DNA of 56,142 nt from Elusimicrobiota bacterium (GTDB lineage: Bacteria; Elusimicrobiota; Elusimicrobia; Elusimicrobiales; UBA9959). Both the position numbers and the translations under genes were made by a program. The stretch covers positions 1-56,142 of the forward strand of contig JAHJSU010000052.1 of the NCBI GenBank assembly GCA_018829985.1, given 5' to 3'. How positions within the stretch are numbered: position 1 is the stretch's first letter; each line of letters begins with the position of its first letter. Below, piece after piece: positions 9,515 to 20,508 of the stretch. The notes below the pieces were generated by a model. It was given only the letters and a program-made list of their open reading frames with translations. It was not told the DNA's origin and searched no databases.

Positions 9515-10405
9515 TCAGCTCTTCTCCGCGGTCAGCGCTTCGAAGCCGGAAATGACGTCGAAGAGTTCCGCGTCTATGCCGTTCTGGCGCAAACGATGGA
9601 ACGTCCCGTTAAGGCTCTCCAGCAGTTCGTCGATGTTTTTGTCGGCGCGCTGCATCGCCGCCAGGCGGCTCGCGTTCTCGCTCGCCAGGGATTCGGCGCA
9701 CGCCCGGAAGATAGAGACAAAAAGGTATTCGCGGATGAGCGCCCCCAGGACCGCGGCGCCGCCGCCCATGACCTCGGGCAGGTTTCCCTTCGGCCAGGAA
9801 AGTCCGGCCGCCTTGCTGCGCCAGGCCTCGTCCAACGGCAGCAGCCGCCGGCTGACGGGCGCATAAACCGCCCCGGGCGAGGGACGGTTGTAGAAGAGAT
9901 GGAATTCGGCGGCTTCACCCCGGCCGCGGCTCATCCCGCTCTCAACAAGGAGCTGCCCTACGAGCGGGGTAATAGCCTTGACGGAGTTCGGCACCGCGAA
10001 GAGCCCCGCCGGCGGCAGCCCCGCATCCGCCAAATGCGCATGAACGCGCTCACCGACGGCCCAGACCCGGGGGCCGGGCAGGGGCGCCAGCGCATGCGCC
10101 GCATAATCGGCCACTACATCATTAAACCGGCCCACCAGCCCCTGGTCCGAACCGAACACGACCGCGTTGATCGCGCCAGCGGCTCTTTTCCTTTTCCGCT
10201 GCGCGGTCGGGAACGCCGGCCCGCTTTCGCGCAGACATGCGCCCAACCCCAGTTCCACCGCGCGGTAGTAGCCGGCCAGCGCGCGCACCGAGTTTTCGTA
10301 TTGTACGATACTCGAAGCGGCCAGGGCTTTCATAGTGCGGACTACGGATTGAAGATCCCCGGCGCTGTTGATCTTCCGGCGCAGACCCGCCGTAGTGTCG
10401 CTCAC
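9515..10405 (-). CDS. atpG: N-type F1 ATPase gamma subunit
   Basis: 296 aa, last gene of the operon. C-terminal helix [25 protein letters not shown] is gamma-like. Confidence 0.8.
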   Translation of the reverse strand: MSDTTAGLRRKINSAGDLQSVVRTMKALAASSIVQYENSVRALAGYYRAVELGLGACLRESGPAFPTAQRKRKRAAGAINAVVFGSDQGLVGRFNDVVADYAAHALAPLPGPRVWAVGERVHAHLADAGLPPAGLFAVPNSVKAITPLVGQLLVESGMSRGRGEAAEFHLFYNRPSPGAVYAPVSRRLLPLDEAWRSKAAGLSWPKGNLPEVMGGGAAVLGALIREYLFVSIFRACAESLASENASRLAAMQRADKNIDELLESLNGTFHRLRQNGIDAELFDVISGFEALTAEKS

Positions 10406-11955
10406 GGCCTCTCCCCGGGTTCAGGCCCGGGCTGGAAGCGGGCAAGAGCTTTGCGGGCGATTCCGATAATGGTTTCACGATCCTCCTCGCTCAATTTTTC
10501 GGCGGTATCCAGCCGCTCCAGCGCCTCCGCGGGGATCTCCTCCGCCGCCGAACGCAGGGCGCTTTCGGCGTCCGTCATCCGGTCAAGCGGTACGCCGTCG
10601 AACAGTCCCGCGATTAGCGCCAGCAGCACGGCGATCTGCGCGGGCACGGACACCGGGGCGGATTCCGGCTGTTTCAGGCAGGCGCGGAGCCGCCGGCCGT
10701 GCCCGATGATCCTGCGGGTGTCTTCATCCAGGCGGGCGCCGAACCGTGAAAAGGTCTCGAGTTCCTCGAACTGCGCATAGGTGAGCTTGAGGTCGCCCGC
10801 CACCGCGCGGTAGGCCGCGCGCTGCGCCTTGCCGCCGACGCGCGAGACGGATTTTCCGACGTCGACCGCGGGCAGCACGCCCAATTCGAACAGCGTCGGC
10901 GAAAGATAGATCTGGCCATCCGTGATGGAGATCAGGTTGGTCGGAATATAGGCGGAAATATTTTGCGCTTCGGTTTCGATTATGGGCAGCGCGGTAAGGG
11001 AGCCCCCGCCGAGTTCCTTACGCAAATGCGTCGCGCGTTCGAGCAGCCGCGAGTGGATATAAAAAATATCGCCGGGAAACGCTTCGCGGCCGGGCGGCCG
11101 GCGCAGCAAGAGGGAAAGTTCGCGATAGGCGCGCGCGTGCTGGGTGAGGTCGTCGTAAACAATAAGCACGTCCCGGCCCGCTTCCATAAAATACTCCGCG
11201 ATGCTGGTGGCCGCGTAAGGAGCGATATAAGCAAGCCCCGGCGGGTCGTCGCCCTCGGTCACCACAACGACCGTGTACTCCATCGCGCCCTGTTCCCGCA
11301 GGGTCGCCGCCACCTTCGCCACGGAGGACGCGCGCTGGCCGATGGCGCAATAAACGCACAGCACATTCCGGCCGCGCTGGTTGAGGATGGCGTCGACGGC
11401 AATGGCGGTCTTGCCGGTCTGGCGGTCGCCGAGGATCAGCTCGCGCTGGCCGCGGCCGACGGGAATAAGCGCGTCGATCACTTTGAGGCCGGTCTGGAGA
11501 GGCGCCGTGACGGGCGCGCGGTCCATGATGGGCGCGGCGGGGCGTTCGATGGGCAGGCGCTGAGCGGAGACCACCGGCCCGCCGCCGTCCAGCGGCCGGC
11601 CGAGCGGGTTAATTACGCGCCCCAGCAGCCCGTCGCCCACGGCCACGTCCATAACCCTGCCCGTGCGGCGGACTTCGGCTCCCGCGCGGAGCTTCCAGTA
11701 TTCGCCGAGCAGAACCACGCCGATCTCATCGGCGTCCACGTTGAACGCAATGCCCTGCACCTCTCCGGGAAACGTCAACAATTCGTCGAAGCCCGCGCCG
11801 GGAAGCCCCGACACCTTGGCGATGCCGGTGGCGATACTGGTGATTGTGCCCACCTCCCGCGGCGTCAGTCGCGGCGTAAAGGCTTCCCGCGCCCGGGTTA
11901 CTGCGGCAAACGCGCCGTCAAAAACGTTTTGGAGGCTTTCAGGTTCCATACTCAT
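10402..11955 (-). CDS. atpA: N-type F1 ATPase alpha subunit
   Basis: GDRQTGKTA Walker A, and alpha-type signature around [33 protein letters not shown]. Confidence 0.93.
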   Translation of the reverse strand: MSMEPESLQNVFDGAFAAVTRAREAFTPRLTPREVGTITSIATGIAKVSGLPGAGFDELLTFPGEVQGIAFNVDADEIGVVLLGEYWKLRAGAEVRRTGRVMDVAVGDGLLGRVINPLGRPLDGGGPVVSAQRLPIERPAAPIMDRAPVTAPLQTGLKVIDALIPVGRGQRELILGDRQTGKTAIAVDAILNQRGRNVLCVYCAIGQRASSVAKVAATLREQGAMEYTVVVVTEGDDPPGLAYIAPYAATSIAEYFMEAGRDVLIVYDDLTQHARAYRELSLLLRRPPGREAFPGDIFYIHSRLLERATHLRKELGGGSLTALPIIETEAQNISAYIPTNLISITDGQIYLSPTLFELGVLPAVDVGKSVSRVGGKAQRAAYRAVAGDLKLTYAQFEELETFSRFGARLDEDTRRIIGHGRRLRACLKQPESAPVSVPAQIAVLLALIAGLFDGVPLDRMTDAESALRSAAEEIPAEALERLDTAEKLSEEDRETIIGIARKALARFQPGPEPGERP

Positions 11956-12734
11956 CGGCTATGCGCGGCGGGTTCATCCTTCTTTTCCAGAAGTTCTTCC
12001 ACGCCCTTTTCCAGCTCCGCCAGATAATCCGCGATGCTCCACGCCAACTTTTGGCCGGTCGTGCTCAGTTCGATGCCGCCGACCAGGTCCGGCGCGGTCT
12101 CGAACCGGACGCGGATCCCGGCCGGGAAGGTTTCGTCGAGCGCGTTCTGTATCGCCGCGCGCTGCTCCGCGGGCAGGTCGAACGCGCTGCGCACGAGCGC
12201 CGGTTCGGGCGCCGTCTTCAGCGCCCCGGCGAAGCCCGTTTTCGCCCGGCCGTCCAGCTCCCGCAACCGGCGGATGAACACCCCGCCCAGGCGTTCCTCC
12301 AGACTCACCCCGGCGAGCTCCGTCAGCGCCTTTCGCGCGACGGCAAACACCTCCCGCTGTGTCAGGCGCCTGATCGCCTGATGCAGGCTGCGTTCTTCAT
12401 TTCTCAGTATTTCCCGCCGCCTGGCGCCCAGGGCATCGGCCGCCTTCCGGGCTTCGTCGAGAAGCCGCCGGCGTCCGGCTTCTGCCTCTTCCGCGGCCTT
12501 GTTCAGAAGCGCGGCGCGCTGCCGGTCAAACTCAGAATTTTTTCGCCGGAACTCGTCGCCCTCCTTTTGGGCTTCGGCCTTTTTCTCGTCGGCGCCCGCG
12601 AGTTCCGCGGCGATCCGCTTCTCCCGCGCATCTATGGCGCGCAGGACAGGCTTGTAAAGGAAGCGCTTCATCAGCCACACCAGGATGAGAAAGTTGAGCG
12701 CCTGTGCCCCGATCGTGAACCAATCTATTATCAT
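11952..12734 (-). CDS. atpF: N-type Fo ATPase b subunit (long form, no separate delta gene)
   Basis: N-terminal TM helix ([11 protein letters not shown]) followed by a long charged coiled coil. 260 aa. Confidence 0.8.
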   Translation of the reverse strand: MIIDWFTIGAQALNFLILVWLMKRFLYKPVLRAIDAREKRIAAELAGADEKKAEAQKEGDEFRRKNSEFDRQRAALLNKAAEEAEAGRRRLLDEARKAADALGARRREILRNEERSLHQAIRRLTQREVFAVARKALTELAGVSLEERLGGVFIRRLRELDGRAKTGFAGALKTAPEPALVRSAFDLPAEQRAAIQNALDETFPAGIRVRFETAPDLVGGIELSTTGQKLAWSIADYLAELEKGVEELLEKKDEPAAHSR

Positions 12735-12738
12735 AGGT

Positions 12739-13020
12739 TTATTTCCCCGCGGCCTGGGCGATGACGTGGTTCCAGAACGGGTTGGCGAAGATGAGGATCA
12801 TTGAGACCACAAAGCAGTAGATGGCCGTGGACTCGATCATCGCCAGGCCCACGAACAAGGTCCGGGTGATGGTGGCGGAGGCGTCAGGCTGCTGCGCCAG
12901 CGAACTCAGCGCCGTAGAAACCGCCTTCCCTTCCGCAAACGCGGGCCCCATAGTGCCGAAACCGGTGGTGATGCCGGCAGTAACGATTGATGCCACCGCG
13001 ATAATAGCCGTGTTATCCAT
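12739..13020 (-). CDS. atpE: N-type Fo ATPase c subunit
   Basis: 93-aa two-helix hairpin. The second helix is GLAMIESTAIYCF (E-S-T-x-x-Y). Confidence 0.88.
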   Translation of the reverse strand: MDNTAIIAVASIVTAGITTGFGTMGPAFAEGKAVSTALSSLAQQPDASATITRTLFVGLAMIESTAIYCFVVSMILIFANPFWNHVIAQAAGK

Positions 13021-13051
13021 AATATCTCCTTTTAGTGTCGTAGCTGCCGCT

Positions 13052-13747
13052 TCACTGTTTTGCAGCGGCTCCAGGCCCGGGCCTGGGAACCCGCGTGGCG
13101 GACGCGATATAAACCGCCGCCAGGATGCTGAAGATGTAGGCCTGCACCATGCCGGTGAGCAGGCCGAGCCCCGTCATGACGAGCGGGAAGATGAAGGGCG
13201 CAATAGCGAGCAGGATGCCGATGATCATCGCCCCGCTCATCATGTTGCCGAACAAACGGACCGCCAGGGCCAGCGTGCGCGAAATTTCGCTGATGAGGTT
13301 GAACGGCAGCATGATGAACGTCGGCCGCACATAGGACTCCAGGTAGCCGCCCACCCCCTGTTCCCTGATGCCGAAGAACGGAACGGCCACAAAAACGCAC
13401 AGCGCGAGCGCGGCCGTGGTAGAGAGCGAGCCGGTCGGCGGCTCGTAGCCGGGAATTACGGTGGCCAGGCTGGCCAAGGCGACGAACAGGAAAAGCGTGC
13501 CCAGAAAGCCGAGATATTTCCGCGGCTGGTTCAGGCCCACCTCTTCAAGCTGTTTCTCGATGCCGGTAACTACGATTTCCAGGAGGTTCTGCCAGCGGGA
13601 ACGTTCCAGACCCGTGGAAAGTTTACGCGTGATGAGTTTTGAACCGGCGGCCAGCACGAACATCAGTACCCATGTGAACACGATGGTGGCGTTGAGTTTG
13701 AAAACCCCGTGCTGCCAGAAAACGATCTCGTCGGGACTAAGGCGCAT
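13052..13747 (-). CDS. atpB: N-type Fo ATPase a subunit
   Basis: Polytopic, with the conserved Arg motif LAVRLFGNMMSG. Confidence 0.88.
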   Translation of the reverse strand: MRLSPDEIVFWQHGVFKLNATIVFTWVLMFVLAAGSKLITRKLSTGLERSRWQNLLEIVVTGIEKQLEEVGLNQPRKYLGFLGTLFLFVALASLATVIPGYEPPTGSLSTTAALALCVFVAVPFFGIREQGVGGYLESYVRPTFIMLPFNLISEISRTLALAVRLFGNMMSGAMIIGILLAIAPFIFPLVMTGLGLLTGMVQAYIFSILAAVYIASATRVPRPGPGAAAKQ

Positions 13748-14057
13748 GGCCGGCCTCCTGTGCCGTGCAGGCGGGCTTTTCCGCCGCCGGGATAAGCCGC
13801 GTAACGATTACACGCGCGAGGATAAAGCCGAGGAGGCATACCAGCAGCCGCTCCCAATGGCCGCGCGCGACAAAATAAAAACCGGCCAGGGTAAGGCCCG
13901 TTCGCACCAGCAGGCTGCCAAAAAACCAGAGCGCCGGCCGTCCGGACCCGACGCCCTTGCGAACCGTCCACCAAAGGCCGGCGAAGAACATCGCGCCCAG
14001 TAAAACACCCGCCAGCAGGACCGGGATCAGGCTCAGAGTTTCATTCATCGTTATCAT
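13737..14057 (-). CDS. atpR: N-ATPase accessory membrane protein AtpR
   Basis: About 100 aa, three TM segments, GLWWTVRKG motif, positioned between atpQ and atpB as in described N-ATPase operons. Confidence 0.7.
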   Translation of the reverse strand: MITMNETLSLIPVLLAGVLLGAMFFAGLWWTVRKGVGSGRPALWFFGSLLVRTGLTLAGFYFVARGHWERLLVCLLGFILARVIVTRLIPAAEKPACTAQEAGHAP

Positions 14058-14371
14058 CCTGTTCCTCCCGTATTTCCGTGTCTTCTTTGGTCACCCAGTT
14101 CCAGGCATTCAGACAGCCGACGCCCAGGCCGGTGACCAGCAGCATCAGCGTCCAGGAATGACTTCCCGGATAATGCCGGTCCAGCCAGATCCCGAGCGCC
14201 GCGCCGAGCAGGGTCGGAACCACCACCGACCAGCCGATAAGCCCCATCATGCCCAGGCCGAACCAGACACCCCGCGTGACATGGCGCTGCGCGCGGAGCT
14301 TGCGCGCGGCCTTTGCGCCGACCTCCCGGCCCAACGGGGTCCGCTCTTTCGCGCTCCTGGGCTCCGGTCTC

Positions 14372-14379
<8 letters not shown>
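14041..14379 (-). CDS. atpQ: N-ATPase accessory membrane protein AtpQ (AtpI/AtpZ-like)
   Basis: Two TM segments, with GWSVVVPTLLGAALGIWLDR. The track ORF starts at 14394. ATG 14379 gives an 8-nt overlap with the atpC stop and is preferred. Confidence 0.7.
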
Positions 14380-16188
<1,809 letters not shown>

Positions 16189-16261
16189 TCATGCCAAGGT
16201 GAAACATAGCAAGCTCATTTAACATTATCATATCAAATGTCTTCGTGACGGCGCTCTTTTA

Positions 16262-16450
16262 TTTGTAGGCAACATAAGGCGATTATCGTGAGTTGTCGTG
16301 AGTCGCCCCCTAAAATCCCATTCCGAATTTTGCCGGAACCGCGCGTTAAAGGTTATAATAACAAAAAAACGGCGGGAGAGTCAGTCTAACGGGGTCTAAC
16401 GGGGTTTTTGGCAATGCTGCCGCTGCCGGGCGGTGGGAATTGCCTGGCGG
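16262..16450 (-). promoter_or_regulatory. conserved upstream module, copy 1 (upstream of N-ATPase operon)
   Basis: The reverse complement aligns block by block with 20078-20199 and 23569-23737, including TGtTATTATAACCTTTAACGCGCGGTTCCGGCAAAA and the distal CGCCTTATGTTGCCTACA. Confidence 0.7.
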
Positions 16451-16710
16451 GATAGGCACGCCGCGCATTGCCGGGTTTGTGTCTGAATTTATCCCAGGTA
16501 TTTTAGACATAAATTCTCTTGTTCCCAAAGTTAGTCAACTAACTACGCTACGTCCCCTACCCCCCTTTGACCATGATATTTCTACTTTTCTGGATCATGA
16601 CACTTTAACTTTTTCGCGACAAGCTACTTTTTAAAAGCTACTTTTTAAAATTGCGATTCAATGCGAATTTTGATAGAATCGGGGTTAAGGATGTTTTACG
16701 GTGGGGTATT

Positions 16711-17133
16711 ATGTCATTGCTTAATATTTTCAAGCCGCGGGAACCGCTGGTGATGCTTGTGGATGATGACCCGATGCTGCTGGAAATGTATGAAGCATAT
16801 TTAGGAGCTTTGAATTGTAAGTCAATTAAGGTGTTTGACGGCAAAGACGCGCTGGCAATGGTGGAGAGACATAAACCGCAGCTTATTCTGCTGGACATCA
16901 TGATGCAGGGGATCACCGGCTTGCAGATCCTTGAAAGTCTGAAGCTCAAATCCTCCACAAAAAATATTCCCGTGCTGATGATAACAGGCGAACGGAAGAT
17001 CGGGGATCTTGAAACCGCTTTCAAACTGGGCGCGGCGGATTATATGATTAAACCGGTTGAACTTGCGCCCTTCGAACAAAAGATCAAAACGCTGCTCTCT
17101 TCAGCCGGGTATTCCTTCCCCGGCGTTAAATAG
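16711..17133 (+). CDS. single-domain response regulator (CheY-like receiver)
   Basis: VMLVDDDPMLLEMY, LLDIMMQGITG and IKPV motifs. ATG 16711 is preferred over the TTG at 16651. Confidence 0.8.
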   Translation: MSLLNIFKPREPLVMLVDDDPMLLEMYEAYLGALNCKSIKVFDGKDALAMVERHKPQLILLDIMMQGITGLQILESLKLKSSTKNIPVLMITGERKIGDLETAFKLGAADYMIKPVELAPFEQKIKTLLSSAGYSFPGVK

Positions 17134-17360
17134 TGTTGTGTCCCGTAAATCCCTTTACAATGACTGGGGTCGAAAGCGGTTTCGTTCAATGCAGATTATC
17201 GCAAGTTGAGCTGTTAAAATAGTCCGGATTTTTTGCCGGCTGCGGTCATAATGGGTATAATATCAAAAAAAGCGGCCGCCGGGCGGGAGAAAAACCCAGG
17301 TCAAGGCATGGTGGCGGAGGGAATTCAGCCGGCCGGGGCGGGCGCGTCTATGTTTCTTCT

Positions 17361-18596
17361 TTACAGCTTTGAGGGTTTGGGGGTATATGGTTTCTTGCCT
17401 TTTATATCCTTAAAAGTTATCAGGTCGTCAACCGGACAGACGAAGGAACAGATCATGCAGCTGTAACACTTTTCATCATCCGGGACGGGCCTTCTCTTTT
17501 TGGAATCCCACTCAAGCGCCTGGCCGCCGGCATCCCGGCACACTATGTAGCATTGCCCGCACCCTATACAGCGTTCAAGGTCATAGGAAGCCGCTCCCTG
17601 TTTTGACACATCAAAAGCGCTCGTCTCATGTATATTCGGCAGCGCTTTTCCCACTATATCTTTAACCTGTTTAAATCCCTTCGCGTCCATAAAATCGGAC
17701 AGCCCCTCGCACATATCCTCAACGACCCTGTGGCCATAGCGGATAACGCTTGTCGTCATCTGCAGGGTGGAAGCGCCGCACAGCAGATACTCAACGGCGT
17801 CTATCCAGGTCTCCGCTCCGCCGCAGCCGGACAGCGGCAGGCCGAGCTCTTTTTTCTTTGCCAGCTCAACAATGCACTTCAGCCCGATGGGCTTTATCGC
17901 CGGCCCGGAATATCCGCTGATCGCGCCCCGCCCGTAGACATTGAGAGACGGGATAAAATCATCCAGCCCTATGCCGGCAAGCCCCCTCACCGTGTTAATA
18001 GCGGTTATGCCGTCCGCGCCGCCCTCTTTCGCGTACAGCGCCGGCTCTGTTATATCCGTCACATTGGAGGTCAGCTTTGCCAGAATCGGCAGTTTTACGC
18101 AATCCCGCACTATACGCGTGAATTCCTTTACCAGTTCAAACGCCTGCCCCACCTTCATGCCGGTGCCTTCAACGGACATATGAGGGCAGGAAAAGTTTAA
18201 TTCCAGCATATCCACGCCCGCATCCTCCACTGTCAAAGCCAGGTCGCGCCACTCGCCTTTTGAAAAGCCCATGATGCTTCCAATGACGACATGCTTCGGG
18301 TAGCGCTTCTTCAGCCACTTTATGTCCTTGATGTTGTCCTTCAGCGGGCGGTCCGTGGTCATTTCCACATTCTGCACTCCTATGACTTTTTTGCCCCCAT
18401 AATCGTACCCGCGCATCCTGGGCGAAGGGTGTATTATCTTCGTGTGCTCGCCGCCGAGCGTTTTGTACGCCACGCCGCCAAAGCCTTTATCAAAGCCCCT
18501 TGCGATCATCTCGGCGGTGTTGCTTACCGGCGACGAAGAGAGCAAAAACGGGGTGGGGAATTTTACCCCGCAGAATTCGATGCTTAGCTCTCTCAT
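17361..18596 (-). CDS. preA: dihydropyrimidine dehydrogenase PreA-like subunit (DHOD-like TIM barrel plus 2x[4Fe-4S])
   Basis: The N-terminal region is DHOD/DHPD-like. The C-terminus carries CIGCGQCYIVC and CYSCMICSFVCP ferredoxin motifs. Confidence 0.8.
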   Translation of the reverse strand: MRELSIEFCGVKFPTPFLLSSSPVSNTAEMIARGFDKGFGGVAYKTLGGEHTKIIHPSPRMRGYDYGGKKVIGVQNVEMTTDRPLKDNIKDIKWLKKRYPKHVVIGSIMGFSKGEWRDLALTVEDAGVDMLELNFSCPHMSVEGTGMKVGQAFELVKEFTRIVRDCVKLPILAKLTSNVTDITEPALYAKEGGADGITAINTVRGLAGIGLDDFIPSLNVYGRGAISGYSGPAIKPIGLKCIVELAKKKELGLPLSGCGGAETWIDAVEYLLCGASTLQMTTSVIRYGHRVVEDMCEGLSDFMDAKGFKQVKDIVGKALPNIHETSAFDVSKQGAASYDLERCIGCGQCYIVCRDAGGQALEWDSKKRRPVPDDEKCYSCMICSFVCPVDDLITFKDIKGKKPYTPKPSKL

Positions 18597-18599
18597 AAT

Positions 18600-19958
18600 T
18601 TATTTGCCTCCCTGTAAAGATTTCATGATGGCTTTTGCGGCCTTTTTGCCGTCGGCGACCGCATCAACCGCCAAAGCAGGCCCCCTCACGATATCTCCGC
18701 CGGCATAGACGCCTTTTGCCGAAGTGGCCAGGGTGTTCTTATTAACCTGTATCAACCCGCGTTTGGTAAATTTTACTTTCGGCAATTGTTCTTTGAGCCG
18801 CGAGTCCGGCCCCGAACCTATGGCTATTATCACCGCGCCTGCATTTAATGAAAACCCGGCGCCCGGAACGTCTTCCGCGTTTGAAGGTATGAATAAGCCC
18901 GGCCCCTTCACCTTCCATTTTGTTTCGTTTCCTTTAACGCCGGCAACCGCGCCGCCTTTTCCTGTTATCTCTTTAACCCGGCACTGCGGCTTTATGATGA
19001 CGCAGTTATCCAGGGCCATCAAAAGGTCGTCCTTGTAAGCAGGCAGTTCACCCATGCCCTCCAGAGCGATGCAATAAACTTTATCCGCCTTAAGCGCCCT
19101 GCAGGTGCTGGCGACGTCCATGGCGACAGACCCTCCCCCGATAATCGCGACACACTTGTTTTTCACCAGCCTGCTTATTTTCTCATGGTTGCCGGCTTTC
19201 GCATCTTTTAAAAATTCCGTTGAAGTAGTGACATTTTTCAAATGAGCGCCGGGAATATCTATTTTATAAGGCAACGACAGGCCCGCGCAGGCGAATACCG
19301 CTTTAAACCCTTTCTTTAACAAGTTTTCAACAGCGCCTTTGCCTTTAACCGGAGAATTGCATTTGAGCTTTACGCCAAGCGCTGTAATATCTTTTATCTC
19401 CCTGTCGGCGAAATCTTCGCCCAGCCTGAAGGAAGGCACTCCATATCTTAATATGCCGCCCGGTTTTTTATTTAATTCAAACACAGTCACGTCATATCCC
19501 TCTTTCGCGAGATACGCGGCACAGGTCAGTCCCGCAGGTCCGGACCCGACCACAGCCACCTTGATATTATTAGCCGGTTTTTTTATCAAAGGGTTAAATC
19601 CGATCTGCCAGCCGTACTCAACTAAAAATCTCTGGAGTCTGCCGATATTTATGGGTTTATCTATCTCCGTCGCGGAACATTTTTCTTCGCATAAGCGCCC
19701 CGCGGGACAGACTATGCCGCAAACGCCGCCCAGTATGTTATTCTCCTTAATCGTTCTCACAGCGCCTTTCAAATTTTTCAAGCGCAGTTTTCTTATGAAC
19801 TTGCCGGGGTCGGTTTCCGCTGGGCACCCCGCGCTGCAGGGGGCATCATGGCAGAGGAGACATCTGTCCGCTTCGGCAATAGCCTGTGTCAACGAATAAC
19901 CTTCTTCAACATCAAACAGGCTTTTTAACAGGTTGGTTTTTCTTAATGATTTTTTCAT
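18600..19958 (-). CDS. preT: NAD(P)H-dependent oxidoreductase, PreT/GltD-like subunit
   Basis: CLLCHDAPCSAGCP Fe-S motif, plus VVGSGPAGL and IIGGGSVAMD dinucleotide-binding motifs. Confidence 0.8.
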   Translation of the reverse strand: MKKSLRKTNLLKSLFDVEEGYSLTQAIAEADRCLLCHDAPCSAGCPAETDPGKFIRKLRLKNLKGAVRTIKENNILGGVCGIVCPAGRLCEEKCSATEIDKPINIGRLQRFLVEYGWQIGFNPLIKKPANNIKVAVVGSGPAGLTCAAYLAKEGYDVTVFELNKKPGGILRYGVPSFRLGEDFADREIKDITALGVKLKCNSPVKGKGAVENLLKKGFKAVFACAGLSLPYKIDIPGAHLKNVTTSTEFLKDAKAGNHEKISRLVKNKCVAIIGGGSVAMDVASTCRALKADKVYCIALEGMGELPAYKDDLLMALDNCVIIKPQCRVKEITGKGGAVAGVKGNETKWKVKGPGLFIPSNAEDVPGAGFSLNAGAVIIAIGSGPDSRLKEQLPKVKFTKRGLIQVNKNTLATSAKGVYAGGDIVRGPALAVDAVADGKKAAKAIMKSLQGGK

Positions 19959-20077
19959 TTTTTTGTTTCCGCTTTAATTCCGGTTTTGAGATTTTAAGAA
20001 TGGAATTACAAAATCAATAATTTATATTTTTCTCAGATTTAACTATATAAAAAACAAAAGCAAAAAGCCAACAATTT

Positions 20078-20466
20078 TGCCCGGCTGGTTTTCCCGCCGG
20101 ACAGCGGAAGCATTGCCAAAAACCCCGCTAGACTGATAATCAGCCGCCTTTTTGGTATTATAACCTTTAACACGCGGATCCGGTAAAAATAGGAATGGGT
20201 GTTTTGAAGGATTAACTTAATTATTGCCCGCCTCCGCCCCCGCCCCCGCCAAACAGTCCGGCGGGTCCGCCGAGTAGTGTGGCGGAAAACAACCGGCGGG
20301 TCCGCCGAAGCTGTGTGGCGGAAAACAATGCGGCGGATGCGCCGGGATGTTTAGCGCAAAACAGCCCGGCGCCGCGCCCGCCGGGCAGTATTGGCGGGGG
20401 TCCGCCAGTATGTATGGCGGAAATTGTGCTTCGCACCCACGAGAATAGGCTTTATGTTTCCTACAG
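20078..20466 (+). promoter_or_regulatory. conserved upstream module, copy 2 (upstream of MFS gene), split by the 210-nt mini-hairpin array
   Basis: CGGACAGCGGAAGCATTGCCAAAAACCCCG, TTTTTGGTATTATAACCTTTAACACGCGGATCCGGTAAAAATAGGAATGGG, then the array, then GGCTTTATGTTTCCTACAG. Confidence 0.7.
20225..20435. repeat. tandem array of about 5-6 CCGCC/GGCGG mini-hairpins separated by AAAACA spacers
   Basis: Units tccgccgagtagtgtggcgga, tccgccgaagctgtgtggcgga, tgcgccgggatgtttagcgca, cccgccgggcagtattggcggg and tccgccagtatgtatggcgga. Absent from the otherwise homologous module at 23569-23737. Confidence 0.85.
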
Positions 20467-20508
20467 AGCCATACCGGATTCCAATATCATAATTCTTGCC
20501 CTGTTCAG

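Noticed and set aside
9596-12027. Long plus-strand ORFs (9596-10780, 10963-12027; also 15091-16026, 12821-13642 and 11663-12277) opposite the ATPase genes
   Set aside because: These are shadow ORFs on the antisense strand of strongly supported atp genes in GC-rich DNA. They have Arg/Gly/Pro-rich low-complexity translations and no motifs.
16395-16420. Sigma-54 promoter (GG-N10-GC) within the CAGCGG..GCATTGCC block of the conserved module
   Set aside because: Spacing between the candidate GG and the TTGC is 9 or 16 nt in the copies, not the required 12 or so. An extended -10 further downstream fits better.
20225-20435. Possible CRISPR array (regularly spaced GC-rich repeats ending in GGCGGAAAAC)
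   Set aside because: The period is only about 35-40 nt. The 'spacers' are 8-10-nt hairpin loops plus AAAACA linkers, the units are imperfect, the same units recur singly elsewhere, and there are no cas genes in the window.
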